A model generated the notes under the pieces. That model saw nothing but the letters and a program-made list of their open reading frames with translations. It ran no database searches and was not told the origin of the DNA. This document shows positions 7,751-15,588 of a stretch of 50,296 nt of DNA, piece by piece. The stretch is from Anaerolineales bacterium (lineage in GTDB: Bacteria > Chloroflexota > Anaerolineae > Anaerolineales > DRMV01), in contig JALXBY010000244.1 in assembly GCA_026991215.1 (NCBI GenBank), positions 1-50,296 of the forward strand, read 5' to 3'. The translations under genes were made by a program, and so were the position numbers. How positions within the stretch are numbered: position 1 is the first letter of the stretch; each line of letters starts with the position of its first letter.

Positions 7751-8985
7751 AGCCGATATGGTTGAAAATTACCCCCGAGGAGCCCCTGGTGCTGGGTTCG
7801 GTGCGGCCCGATGCCCAATTTCTGACCACCCGCGCCTACATTCCCGGCCGCCTGTTGCGGGGTGCCTGGGCCGAGTGGCTCAAAACACAAGGCGAGGAAG
7901 ATGAGGGCATTCTCGCTCAAGTCAAAAAACTGCGAATCTGGAATTTCTACCCCGCGGTGGATGATGGCCAGTTATTGTACACGTTACCCCTCCCCCTCAC
8001 GGCCATGACGTGCAAGCACGAATCGGGCTTCCAGACCGCCTTCCTGTCTAAGAACAAAGGGCACGGGGTGGTAGATACCTTGCTCCCCCAACTGGCCTAT
8101 CACTTGTTGCGCGAAGCCGGAGCCCAAATGACCGCCCCCTTCGCCCTTACATGTGCCCAATGTGATGGCCGGATGGAACCGGCAGAAGGCTTCTACGGCG
8201 TATATGAAGCCCATGGCAGGGTGGGTTACGAGCAATTTCGTCCTCGGTACCATGCCCAAACCAAAGTGGCCTTAAGCCGCTTCCGTCGGGCTTCCCAGTT
8301 TCAGATGCTTTACACCGTGAACGCACTCGCGCCCCAAGCCCCGGCGGTGATAACAAGCAACAAAAAGGATGAGCCCAAAAACAAGTCTGTGGTGTTCCTG
8401 GGGCGAGTGTACGGGGACCCACAAGCCGTACAAGAACTGCGGCAGGCCCTGGACCATGTAGCCATCGGCGCACTGCACACCCGAGGGTATGGGCGGGTGC
8501 ACGTTGAGGAGAGCGACCCCCCTCAATGGCCTGGCCTCAAGGAGCGGGTCGAAACCTTCAACCGCATTTTGACCGATCTCTGGCAGGACCTTAAACGCCT
8601 CGCGGCCAACCCGGACGGACTTCCGGAGAAGCCCGACGGCCTGTACTTCTCGGTGGACTTGCTTTCGCCCGGTGTGTTCGTCAACCACGGCCTGCCCGAA
8701 CTGGTTCCGGAGTTGTACATCAACGGTCGCGTCCTCCGGCCCATCTGGTGGGCGACTCGACCGGATATGGCCAGCGGCTGGTCCACCGCGTGGGGCCTGC
8801 CCAAGCCCACCAACCTGGCCGCACGCATGGGGAGCGTCTACGTCTACCGCTGGGACGGTAGCATGGACGACCTGCTTCCCGCACTGCAAGCCCTGGAAGC
8901 CGAAGGCCTGGGCCTGCGCCGAGACGAGGGCTTCGGCGAAATCTTGGTGTGTCATCCCTTTCATCAGGAGGTAGAAGAGCGATGA
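7747..8985 (+). CDS. csx10: Csx10-like Cas5-family RAMP (type III-D)
   Basis: The start is taken at the ATGA overlap with the upstream stop (MKPIWLKITPEEPLVLGS...YIPGRLLRGAW). G-rich loops HTRGYGRV and RRDEGFGEILV are present. Its 412-aa size and its position after cas10-cas7 match csx10 in III-D loci. Confidence 0.7.
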   Translation: MKPIWLKITPEEPLVLGSVRPDAQFLTTRAYIPGRLLRGAWAEWLKTQGEEDEGILAQVKKLRIWNFYPAVDDGQLLYTLPLPLTAMTCKHESGFQTAFLSKNKGHGVVDTLLPQLAYHLLREAGAQMTAPFALTCAQCDGRMEPAEGFYGVYEAHGRVGYEQFRPRYHAQTKVALSRFRRASQFQMLYTVNALAPQAPAVITSNKKDEPKNKSVVFLGRVYGDPQAVQELRQALDHVAIGALHTRGYGRVHVEESDPPQWPGLKERVETFNRILTDLWQDLKRLAANPDGLPEKPDGLYFSVDLLSPGVFVNHGLPELVPELYINGRVLRPIWWATRPDMASGWSTAWGLPKPTNLAARMGSVYVYRWDGSMDDLLPALQALEAEGLGLRRDEGFGEILVCHPFHQEVEER

Positions 8986-9392
8986 AGAAGTTAAATTCGA
9001 GAACCCGTCAGGCACTCGCGACGAAAGAGGACGAGTTGGTGCAACAGGCCCGCGAAGTGGCGAAGGCATTATGGGAGTCCTTAAACGAAAAACAGCGGAA
9101 AGACGGTAAGGTGCGCCAACTGCGCAACATCCTGGAAGTCGCCAAGAGCACCGACTCATGGAAGGCTTTGGCCTTGTTTGTCCGATACCAGGCTGCACGC
9201 ACTACAGATAACATTCCCCGAGATTGGGCAGAGTATCTGATTGATGAGATGGAGAACTTAACGGACACTGCCAATGAGATTGCAAAACAAACCCATGATG
9301 ACCCTAAGACAATTCACCTGGAAATGGTCACCCGCGTTTTGGGCCACGCGGTGCGCTGGCATCTCTGGGATGTGAAAAGCCAGGAGGGATAA
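8982..9392 (+). CDS. cas11: Cas11 small subunit (Csm2/Cmr5-like), all-helical, 136 aa
   Basis: The ATGA overlaps the csx10 stop. The sequence is helical with a KVRQLRNILEVAK segment resembling the Csm2 (T/S)QhRKh motif. The position is canonical. Confidence 0.65.
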   Translation: MKKLNSRTRQALATKEDELVQQAREVAKALWESLNEKQRKDGKVRQLRNILEVAKSTDSWKALALFVRYQAARTTDNIPRDWAEYLIDEMENLTDTANEIAKQTHDDPKTIHLEMVTRVLGHAVRWHLWDVKSQEG

Positions 9393-9395
9393 GCC

Positions 9396-10193
9396 ATGTT
9401 TGACACCTTTAACAACCGTGTGGTGCTGCGGGCCACTTTGGAAATGCAAACTGCCCTTTCCGTGGGTAGCCGCATTTCGCTGGAGCCCGTGGGCACGGAC
9501 CTACCCGTTATGAAAGGGCCGGATGGTCTTCCGTTCATCCCCGGCTCGTCCATCAAGGGCACGGTACGGGCGCTGACCGAGCGCATTTTGCGCAGCCTTC
9601 CCAACGGGGAGGAAATTGGTCTATGGGCCTGTGACCCCTTCGCAGACCCGTGTGTGGATCGGAACCAGGCCCGCATCTGGCTGCAGGATGAAGCAACTGA
9701 GCATCTGGTTTGGGATGAAGCCTGCACCGCGTGCCGCATCTTTGGTTCCCCCTGGCTGGCCAGCCGGGTGTCCTTTAAGGATGCCTACCTGGAGAACTCC
9801 GAAGACCTGCCTGTGGTCACCCAGATACGCGATGGCGTGGGCATTGACCGGGACCTGGGCGCGGCCCGCCAGGGCATCAAGTACGACTTTGAGGTGGTTG
9901 TGCCAGGGGCCAGGTTCGGCATTGAGATTCTGACCGAAAACCTGGACGATTGGGAGTTGGGCCTTCTCCTTTCGGTTTTGCGGTTCTGGCAAGAAGGCCA
10001 GTTGCCCTTGGGCGGCAAAGTGACTCGCGGCCCCGGCTGGGGAAAACTGAAGGACCTGCGCCTGGAGCGAATTGACCAAACCAATTTGGTGAACTACCTG
10101 ACAGGCGGCCAACCGGCCCAGGACAGCCCGGAGAAATACCTTCAGGCCTTCCGCGACTACCTGAGCCAGCAACTGAACCAAGGGGAGGGATGA
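9396..10193 (+). CDS. cas7: Cas7-family RAMP (Csm3-like, probable target-RNA-cleaving subunit)
   Basis: Motifs present are VGTDLPVMKGPDGLPFIPGSSIKGTVR (Asp loop plus the GSSxKG motif), CRIFGSPW and LGGKVTRGPGWGKL. Confidence 0.88.
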   Translation: MFDTFNNRVVLRATLEMQTALSVGSRISLEPVGTDLPVMKGPDGLPFIPGSSIKGTVRALTERILRSLPNGEEIGLWACDPFADPCVDRNQARIWLQDEATEHLVWDEACTACRIFGSPWLASRVSFKDAYLENSEDLPVVTQIRDGVGIDRDLGAARQGIKYDFEVVVPGARFGIEILTENLDDWELGLLLSVLRFWQEGQLPLGGKVTRGPGWGKLKDLRLERIDQTNLVNYLTGGQPAQDSPEKYLQAFRDYLSQQLNQGEG

Positions 10194-10196
10194 CCC

Positions 10197-11078
10197 ATGC
10201 ATAAGACCCGATACAACGCCCTGCACTTGACCGTGCGCATTCGTCCTAAAGGCCCCTTGCTGATTAAGGCCGGCGGTATCTCCGCCAACCCCGCATTGCC
10301 GGATATGCAATTCGTGCGCACGTTTCACCCTGACCGAGGCGAAACAGTCTACATTCCCGGTTCATCCCTCAAAGGGGTTGTGCGGGGATTTGTGGAGAAG
10401 GCCCTGCGCACCTTTGATGCCCGAGACAGTTGGCGTTGGGCCTGTCCAACATTCCCCGATGAAGCGGAGAGTTGTGCCCGACGCTTGCAGAATGAGACGG
10501 ATACAGCATCGGTGTACCGCCAATCCTGCGGTGCCTGCCGCATCTTCGGCCATACCCGGCTGCGGGGCCGGCTTTCCTTCACCGATTTCTTCCCCGTGGA
10601 AGAAGTGCGCACCGAAATCCGCTACGGTGTGGCCATCTCGCGGCTGACCCACGCGGTGGCCCATGGGCCTTTTGAAATGGAAGTAGCCGTCTCGGGGACG
10701 TTTGAAGGGCACCTGGTGCTGGAGAACTTTGAAATCTGGCAGTTGGGACTGGTGGCTACGGCCCTGGCCGCTATGAATCAAGGCCTGGTGAAAGTGGGCT
10801 TTGGCAAAAACCGGGGATTCGGTGAGGTAGAAGTGGAGGTGCGCGAGGCCTGGGTGGACGAAGTTGTTGTGAACTATCACCCCGAGCGCCTCCGGGGCCT
10901 GAGGGCTTTTGTGGACAACGCAACGGCGCAGGCCTATGGTTTGTTCCCACCGGCCGATTTGGACCTGCAAAACGGCCCTGAATTCACCCGTGAAGAACCG
11001 TTGGGCGTGTACACGCGGCGGGTATACGGCACGCAGGGCTGGAATGAATTAGCCCGGCTTGCCATCCAGGCACTGTGA
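10197..11078 (+). CDS. cas7: Cas7-family RAMP (Csm3/Csm5-like)
   Basis: Motifs present are LPDMQFVR...VYIPGSSLKGVVRG, CGACRIFGHTRLRG and GFGKNRGFGEVEV. Confidence 0.88.
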   Translation: MHKTRYNALHLTVRIRPKGPLLIKAGGISANPALPDMQFVRTFHPDRGETVYIPGSSLKGVVRGFVEKALRTFDARDSWRWACPTFPDEAESCARRLQNETDTASVYRQSCGACRIFGHTRLRGRLSFTDFFPVEEVRTEIRYGVAISRLTHAVAHGPFEMEVAVSGTFEGHLVLENFEIWQLGLVATALAAMNQGLVKVGFGKNRGFGEVEVEVREAWVDEVVVNYHPERLRGLRAFVDNATAQAYGLFPPADLDLQNGPEFTREEPLGVYTRRVYGTQGWNELARLAIQAL

Positions 11079-11089
11079 GGGTTGGAGCC

Positions 11090-11533
11090 ATGCAGGGATT
11101 CGTCTACTACCTGACAGGCACCAGCGAAGAGCTGCAACGCCTTGCCCAAACCCATCTGGGCGAGGCTGTCTGGCATTGGGTCGCCGACGCTGCCCGTCTC
11201 ACTGTGGGAGAAGGCTACCCTGCAGACTGGAAAGAGCAGGGGGCGGTTTTCAATACCCAAGGCGAATTGTGTTGGCGCGCGTTGGGTAATGAGCAGTACG
11301 AGGCCCTCTTGCTCACCACAAAGGCCTTGCCCAACCACAAAGTGCTGCCCGGCGAATGGACGGTAGAGGAACAGACGCTTTATCTGCAGGACTTGCGAGA
11401 AGCCCGGGTTTTGCCTCAATTCGCCCAGTATCCCACAGGAAAGTCAACAGGCAAGATTCGGATCCGGCTCTACCGTCGCAATGGTGTGCCCACCTTTGTG
11501 AGTTTGTGTGAATTCCTTGAGGAGGAAGCATGA
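11090..11533 (+). CDS. csx19: Csx19 (all1473)-like type III-D associated protein
   Basis: A protein of 147-152 aa with no RAMP motifs sits exactly where all1473/csx19 sits in III-D operons, between the third cas7 and the last RAMP. The start is either the ATG at 11090 (GAGG 7 nt upstream) or the GTG at 11075 overlapping the upstream stop. The family assignment rests on position and size only. Confidence 0.5.
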   Translation: MQGFVYYLTGTSEELQRLAQTHLGEAVWHWVADAARLTVGEGYPADWKEQGAVFNTQGELCWRALGNEQYEALLLTTKALPNHKVLPGEWTVEEQTLYLQDLREARVLPQFAQYPTGKSTGKIRIRLYRRNGVPTFVSLCEFLEEEA

Positions 11534-12537
11534 TGGCACGGCGTTCTGAACCTGAACCCAAGCCCTTCTTCTGGGTCTTGCTGGACGAGTCTCCGCAGAA
11601 AACCCGGCCGGTGTTCCACGAAAAATTTGAGGGCTGGACAGGCCGTTTGGTTTGGGAGATTGAGGTGCTCTCGGACTACCTTTATGTGGGAAGCGGGAAC
11701 CTGGACTTGGTGCGGTTGCCCGATGGCCGCGAACAGGCCCGCTATGCCTTTGCCCGCCGGGATGGGCAGTTGGTGATACCCGCGACCAGTATCAAGGGCG
11801 CGGTGCGGGCAGTGTTTGAGGCCATCACAAACTCGTGCGTTTCTCAACGAAACCGTCGGGAGCGGCCCCTTTCTACTGCTCATATGGCATGCGGTCTGGT
11901 TCGCAAAGGGAAAGAGGAGAAGGCCCGACTCTGCCCGGCCTGCCGCGTTTTTGGCACAACGGGCTACCGCGGCCGGGTGCATTTCTCCGACGCGGTCCCG
12001 GTAGGCGAGGTGCGCACCGAGACCATCAAAATCGCTGACCTGTGGCCCCCGCGCCAAGTCCGTAAGGCGCGTAAGTTTTATCAAACCAAGGCTTTCCAGA
12101 AGCAAGACCTGCACCCTCGCAAGAACACCCGTTTTCTGGAAGTTGTCCCCAAAGGAAGCCGTTTCCGTACCACCCTGTACTTTGAAAACCTGAGTGGTGC
12201 AGAAATGGGCGCACTGATGAGGGCGCTGGGCTTGGGCCTCCATTCCAGCAAGCCCAACACGATTGTTTACGCCTTCCCCCTCAAATTGGGCGGGGCCAAG
12301 CCGCGGTGTTTAGGAAGCGTCCGCTTTCATCCCCGTGGTGTATTCATTCAAACATCCCCGTCTACGGACGCAGATGATCTTTGGCAGCGGTTCCTTCAAT
12401 CTGCTCCAGGGGGGGTGAAAAACTTGCTCCTCCAGTGGCTCCAATCCGAGGCATTGTTGGACGAAGAGGCCTGGCACCAATTCCGTGCCGAAGCCCAACC
12501 CCAGACGGATGAAGCCTGCCCGCGGGAGGTGTACTGA
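11530..12537 (+). CDS. cas7: Large Cas7-like RAMP (TIGR03986-like, III-D terminal RAMP)
   Basis: The ATGA overlaps the upstream stop. Motifs present are LVIPATSIKGAVRAVFE, CPACRVFGTTGYRG and KLGGAKPRCLGSVRF. Confidence 0.8.
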   Translation: MMARRSEPEPKPFFWVLLDESPQKTRPVFHEKFEGWTGRLVWEIEVLSDYLYVGSGNLDLVRLPDGREQARYAFARRDGQLVIPATSIKGAVRAVFEAITNSCVSQRNRRERPLSTAHMACGLVRKGKEEKARLCPACRVFGTTGYRGRVHFSDAVPVGEVRTETIKIADLWPPRQVRKARKFYQTKAFQKQDLHPRKNTRFLEVVPKGSRFRTTLYFENLSGAEMGALMRALGLGLHSSKPNTIVYAFPLKLGGAKPRCLGSVRFHPRGVFIQTSPSTDADDLWQRFLQSAPGGVKNLLLQWLQSEALLDEEAWHQFRAEAQPQTDEACPREVY

Positions 12538-12872
12538 TGAGCCGCGAGGATGAACTGGTGACCCTGGCGGAACAAATCGCCGATGGCCTGCCGGGGGTCA
12601 CGCGCAACGAGTGGATGAAGTGGGTGCAGATTCTTCAGGCCTATCAAGCCCAATATCGCGATGCGCTTCAACGAGCCATCCATTACGCACAACGTTTATC
12701 CAAAGACCCCACAATGCGGCCGGCCATACAGCGGGCCCACCGCTTGATTGCGCAAACCATGCAGCGCTATGCCCGGCGCGTTGCCTCTTTGCCTCGTACC
12801 GAACAACAGCGCCTGTTCGGTTATGTGGCCTGGAGCCTGGTTGTTCAGGGTAAACAGGGGCGGAGGCGATGA
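12537..12872 (+). CDS. Hypothetical 111-aa helical protein, operon-coupled to the effector genes
   Basis: Its ATG shares one nt with the upstream TGA. The sequence looks all-helical (MSREDELVTLAEQIADGL...QRLFGYVAWSLVVQGK). I recognise no motif. Confidence 0.6.
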   Translation: MSREDELVTLAEQIADGLPGVTRNEWMKWVQILQAYQAQYRDALQRAIHYAQRLSKDPTMRPAIQRAHRLIAQTMQRYARRVASLPRTEQQRLFGYVAWSLVVQGKQGRRR

Positions 12873-12875
12873 GGA

Positions 12876-13595
12876 ATGCCACGATTTGTTTTCGATACAA
12901 ACGTACTCATCAATTATATTCGCTATGATGATCAAGAGGTGCATGATGCTTTAACAGTAGCCGCGGATTTGGGGGAAATTCTTATCTCACAGATATCTGT
13001 TTTAGAAATGTGGGCACCAGTGAAATGGAAGATCAAGGAAGAATCTCCTAACTTGGTGCCTTTATGGATTCGGAAATTAGAGGAAGGTGAGGTTCCTGCA
13101 GGAATGCAGGAGGTGCTTTTGCATGAATTAAGCGAATATCAACAACCTCTTCCAAACCAGTTTTTTGTAGATACTCTTCGAAAAGGTCGAAGATGGTCTA
13201 TTTCGGACGAAAATAAACAGCTGATTTCAGTTGTTGAATACACAGGCAATTCTCTTATCCTAATGTCTCCGGATATACGCCGCAGTCAAGTGGAACAGGA
13301 AATATCTACGCTAAAACATATTTGTGAGACGTTCGACGCTCAAATTATCCCCGTCTCAGAACGCGCCCAATATTATGCAGAGCTTATAGTTCAGCACTAT
13401 AGGGATACCCTGGGCAGAAACACCATTACGGATAGCCTCATTATAGCAACAGGACTCGAACATGACGCATGGTTGGTGACTTATGATAATAATTGGGAAA
13501 AAGTTAAGAAAGATATGAAAAACAGATCTTTGCCTTTACCTGAAATGAAAGTAATTGATCCTGCACGCGTGGCTCACGGGGAGGTGCATTCATGA
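12876..13595 (+). CDS. PIN-domain (VapC-like) nuclease with a roughly 100-aa insertion; AT-rich gene
   Basis: PIN acidic positions are FVFDTNVLI (D7), SVLEMW (E44), TITDSLIIATG and LVTYDNNW. At 239 aa it is far longer than the roughly 130 aa of a canonical VapC. Hand-counted GC on 60-nt samples is about 37-38%, against 53-58% in neighbouring cas genes. Confidence 0.75.
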   Translation: MPRFVFDTNVLINYIRYDDQEVHDALTVAADLGEILISQISVLEMWAPVKWKIKEESPNLVPLWIRKLEEGEVPAGMQEVLLHELSEYQQPLPNQFFVDTLRKGRRWSISDENKQLISVVEYTGNSLILMSPDIRRSQVEQEISTLKHICETFDAQIIPVSERAQYYAELIVQHYRDTLGRNTITDSLIIATGLEHDAWLVTYDNNWEKVKKDMKNRSLPLPEMKVIDPARVAHGEVHS

Positions 13596-14608
13596 CCAAA
13601 GTCAAAAACATCCTTCTGGCCACCCTGGGTACCGCACCTGCCGTAATTACAGAAGCCGTAGATTTGTTGCGGGAAGAAGGCGTTCACATTGATGGCATCT
13701 CGCTATTCTTGACCGAAGATTCCGATGTGCGGGATAGCTTTTCTTTGCTCGCCCAACACCTTCCTGCCCACGATGGAATTGTGTGGATTTCACCTATTCA
13801 GATCGGCGTGTACACCGATATCGACAGCACACAGGCTGCGGCCGAATTTCTCCAACTGGCCAGCCAATACCTCAAGACCCTACGAGATGCAGGCCATCGT
13901 GTGTATGTATCCATTGCAGGCGGGCGTAAAGCGATGTCTGCGCTTCTCGCGCTGGCCGTGCAATTTTTCGGCGCCGAGCGACTTTTCCATATTTGGGTTC
14001 CACCCTGGTTGGAAGAAGAAGGTGAAATCCATGAACTGCGCAAGTGGAAGCATTTACCTGAGGAATTGACCCGAAAACTGCATCCTACCTTGAACGCCGA
14101 GCCAACTGACCGCCCGCGTTTGGTTACTCTTCCTGTTATCGGACTCTTTCCTTTTCTTGAAGATATCCGCCTTGCCTTAACGGAGCAGGGCGAAGTGCCA
14201 CGCGACATTCGTCGCTTGCTCCGTGAAAACGGCCTACTTACTTCCCAGGGCGAGGTCACCGAACTGGGGCGGCTCATTAGCCAGATTCTTGAAAGCGTTG
14301 AGGGGTTGCCACCGGCCCGCCAGGAGGAATGCAAAGTCCATATTGCTCCGCATCATTACAAGGACCGACTGGAGAAATTTGCCTGGCAACTGTGTGGGCG
14401 TTTTCCCTTTATCACGGAAATTCAAAGCGGAGAGTGGCGAAGCGGTGAAGGCAAGATCAAAACCGAGCCTCCAAATCGTATCCGAATCTTTGAGCCCTTA
14501 GGCACCGACTTCCCCTTGCAATTGATTCTGACCACGACTGCCAAAACGTCGGGCCAATTGGAAGCTGCCCGGCGAGCGATTGAGCGATTCTTAAAAGCAC
14601 GGAGGTAA
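13592..14608 (+). CDS. CARF (NE0113/TIGR02584-like) protein with a wHTH-like linker and an unassigned C-terminal domain
   Basis: The ATGA overlaps the PIN stop. CARF motifs are LLATLGTAPAVITEAVDLL and SIAGGRKAMSALLA. Res 195-235 are HTH-like (RDIRRLLRENGLLTSQGEVTELGRLI). Res 245-338 match nothing I recognise. Confidence 0.7.
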   Translation: MTKVKNILLATLGTAPAVITEAVDLLREEGVHIDGISLFLTEDSDVRDSFSLLAQHLPAHDGIVWISPIQIGVYTDIDSTQAAAEFLQLASQYLKTLRDAGHRVYVSIAGGRKAMSALLALAVQFFGAERLFHIWVPPWLEEEGEIHELRKWKHLPEELTRKLHPTLNAEPTDRPRLVTLPVIGLFPFLEDIRLALTEQGEVPRDIRRLLRENGLLTSQGEVTELGRLISQILESVEGLPPARQEECKVHIAPHHYKDRLEKFAWQLCGRFPFITEIQSGEWRSGEGKIKTEPPNRIRIFEPLGTDFPLQLILTTTAKTSGQLEAARRAIERFLKARR

Positions 14609-14610
14609 CT

Positions 14611-15585
14611 ATGGGTGTCTATCACCTGATGGGTCTGGGGCGCTCACCAGGTGCCATTACTGGCCCTATCTCTTATCTGGCCTCCCGCTATCAGCGGTGG
14701 AACGAGGAGGACCGGGCCTTTTTCGCCCGCTCAGGGGAGGTTCGTCAACGGGAAGCAGGCGAGAAGGTGGGCGATATACAGGCCGTTGTGTTGTTTACGA
14801 CTCGGGAGATTCTCAGCGGAACCGTTCCAGCGTTTGACTATGTGGACAATCCACTTGGACGGATCGCAAAGGACCCGCGGGTGTCTGGCGGGCCGATGAA
14901 GGAGGTGCTTCGTCGGTTATTGCGCCGTGAATGGCCTGCCATCAGCGGCGGTCGTCCCGAAGGCACCGTCTTCTGGTGCGAAGTCGATCGCCGGGATATC
15001 CGCACCACCTATGAGCGAGTGATCTGGGTCGTGGCCGCGCTGGCCGGCGTCGGCGGGCAAGGAAAAGAGATGTGGGTCAACTTGACGGGAGGTAACAACG
15101 TGATCAACTTCGCCCTGGAACTGGCTGCTACCCTCTCCGGTGCTGTGGCGCGGCTTTATTACGTGCAGGCGGAAAACCCGGACGCTGAGAAATGTGTGCG
15201 CTTTACAGCGGAGGACGGATACTGGGTGGAATTACCGGTTATGCCCTTGGCATTGAGCCCTTTGACACGCGCTATCATTGATTTGCTTGCGCAAAAAGGC
15301 CCTATATCTTTGGGCGATCTGTACAGCATCTTGAGGAACAAGTACTGGAACTTAAGCTATGGACTCACATCGGAGGAAGTTCTGCGGGAGGCCTATCTGG
15401 CTCCAATGTGGAAACAAGGCCTTATCGTTGAGACACTTGAAGGCTATAAAATTGGCCCACAATGGGAATTGGTGCAACCTTACCAAGAATTATGGGAAGA
15501 AGCCCTCAGATGCAATGAGACCATCGAACAACTGGCCCAAACAGAGCTTTGGCTCGAACGCGAAATCATTACATGGGAGCGCTAA
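14611..15585 (+). CDS. CARF domain protein with C-terminal winged-helix (Csa3-like architecture)
   Basis: CARF-type motifs are the N-terminal LMGLGRSPGAITGPISYL and NLTGGNNVINFALELA. The C-terminal LTRAIIDLLAQKGPISLGDLYSILR...MWKQGLIVETLEGYKIGP looks like a wHTH. Confidence 0.6.
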   Translation: MGVYHLMGLGRSPGAITGPISYLASRYQRWNEEDRAFFARSGEVRQREAGEKVGDIQAVVLFTTREILSGTVPAFDYVDNPLGRIAKDPRVSGGPMKEVLRRLLRREWPAISGGRPEGTVFWCEVDRRDIRTTYERVIWVVAALAGVGGQGKEMWVNLTGGNNVINFALELAATLSGAVARLYYVQAENPDAEKCVRFTAEDGYWVELPVMPLALSPLTRAIIDLLAQKGPISLGDLYSILRNKYWNLSYGLTSEEVLREAYLAPMWKQGLIVETLEGYKIGPQWELVQPYQELWEEALRCNETIEQLAQTELWLEREIITWER

Positions 15586-15588
15586 CCC

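Noticed and set aside
14318-14341. R243-x6-H250 (ARQEECKVH) in the 338-aa CARF protein as a HEPN Rx4-6H RNase motif
   Set aside because: The spacing is at the outer limit of the motif and there is a single occurrence. The surrounding sequence looks strand-rich rather than the helical HEPN context. It is too weak to call without a profile or structure search.
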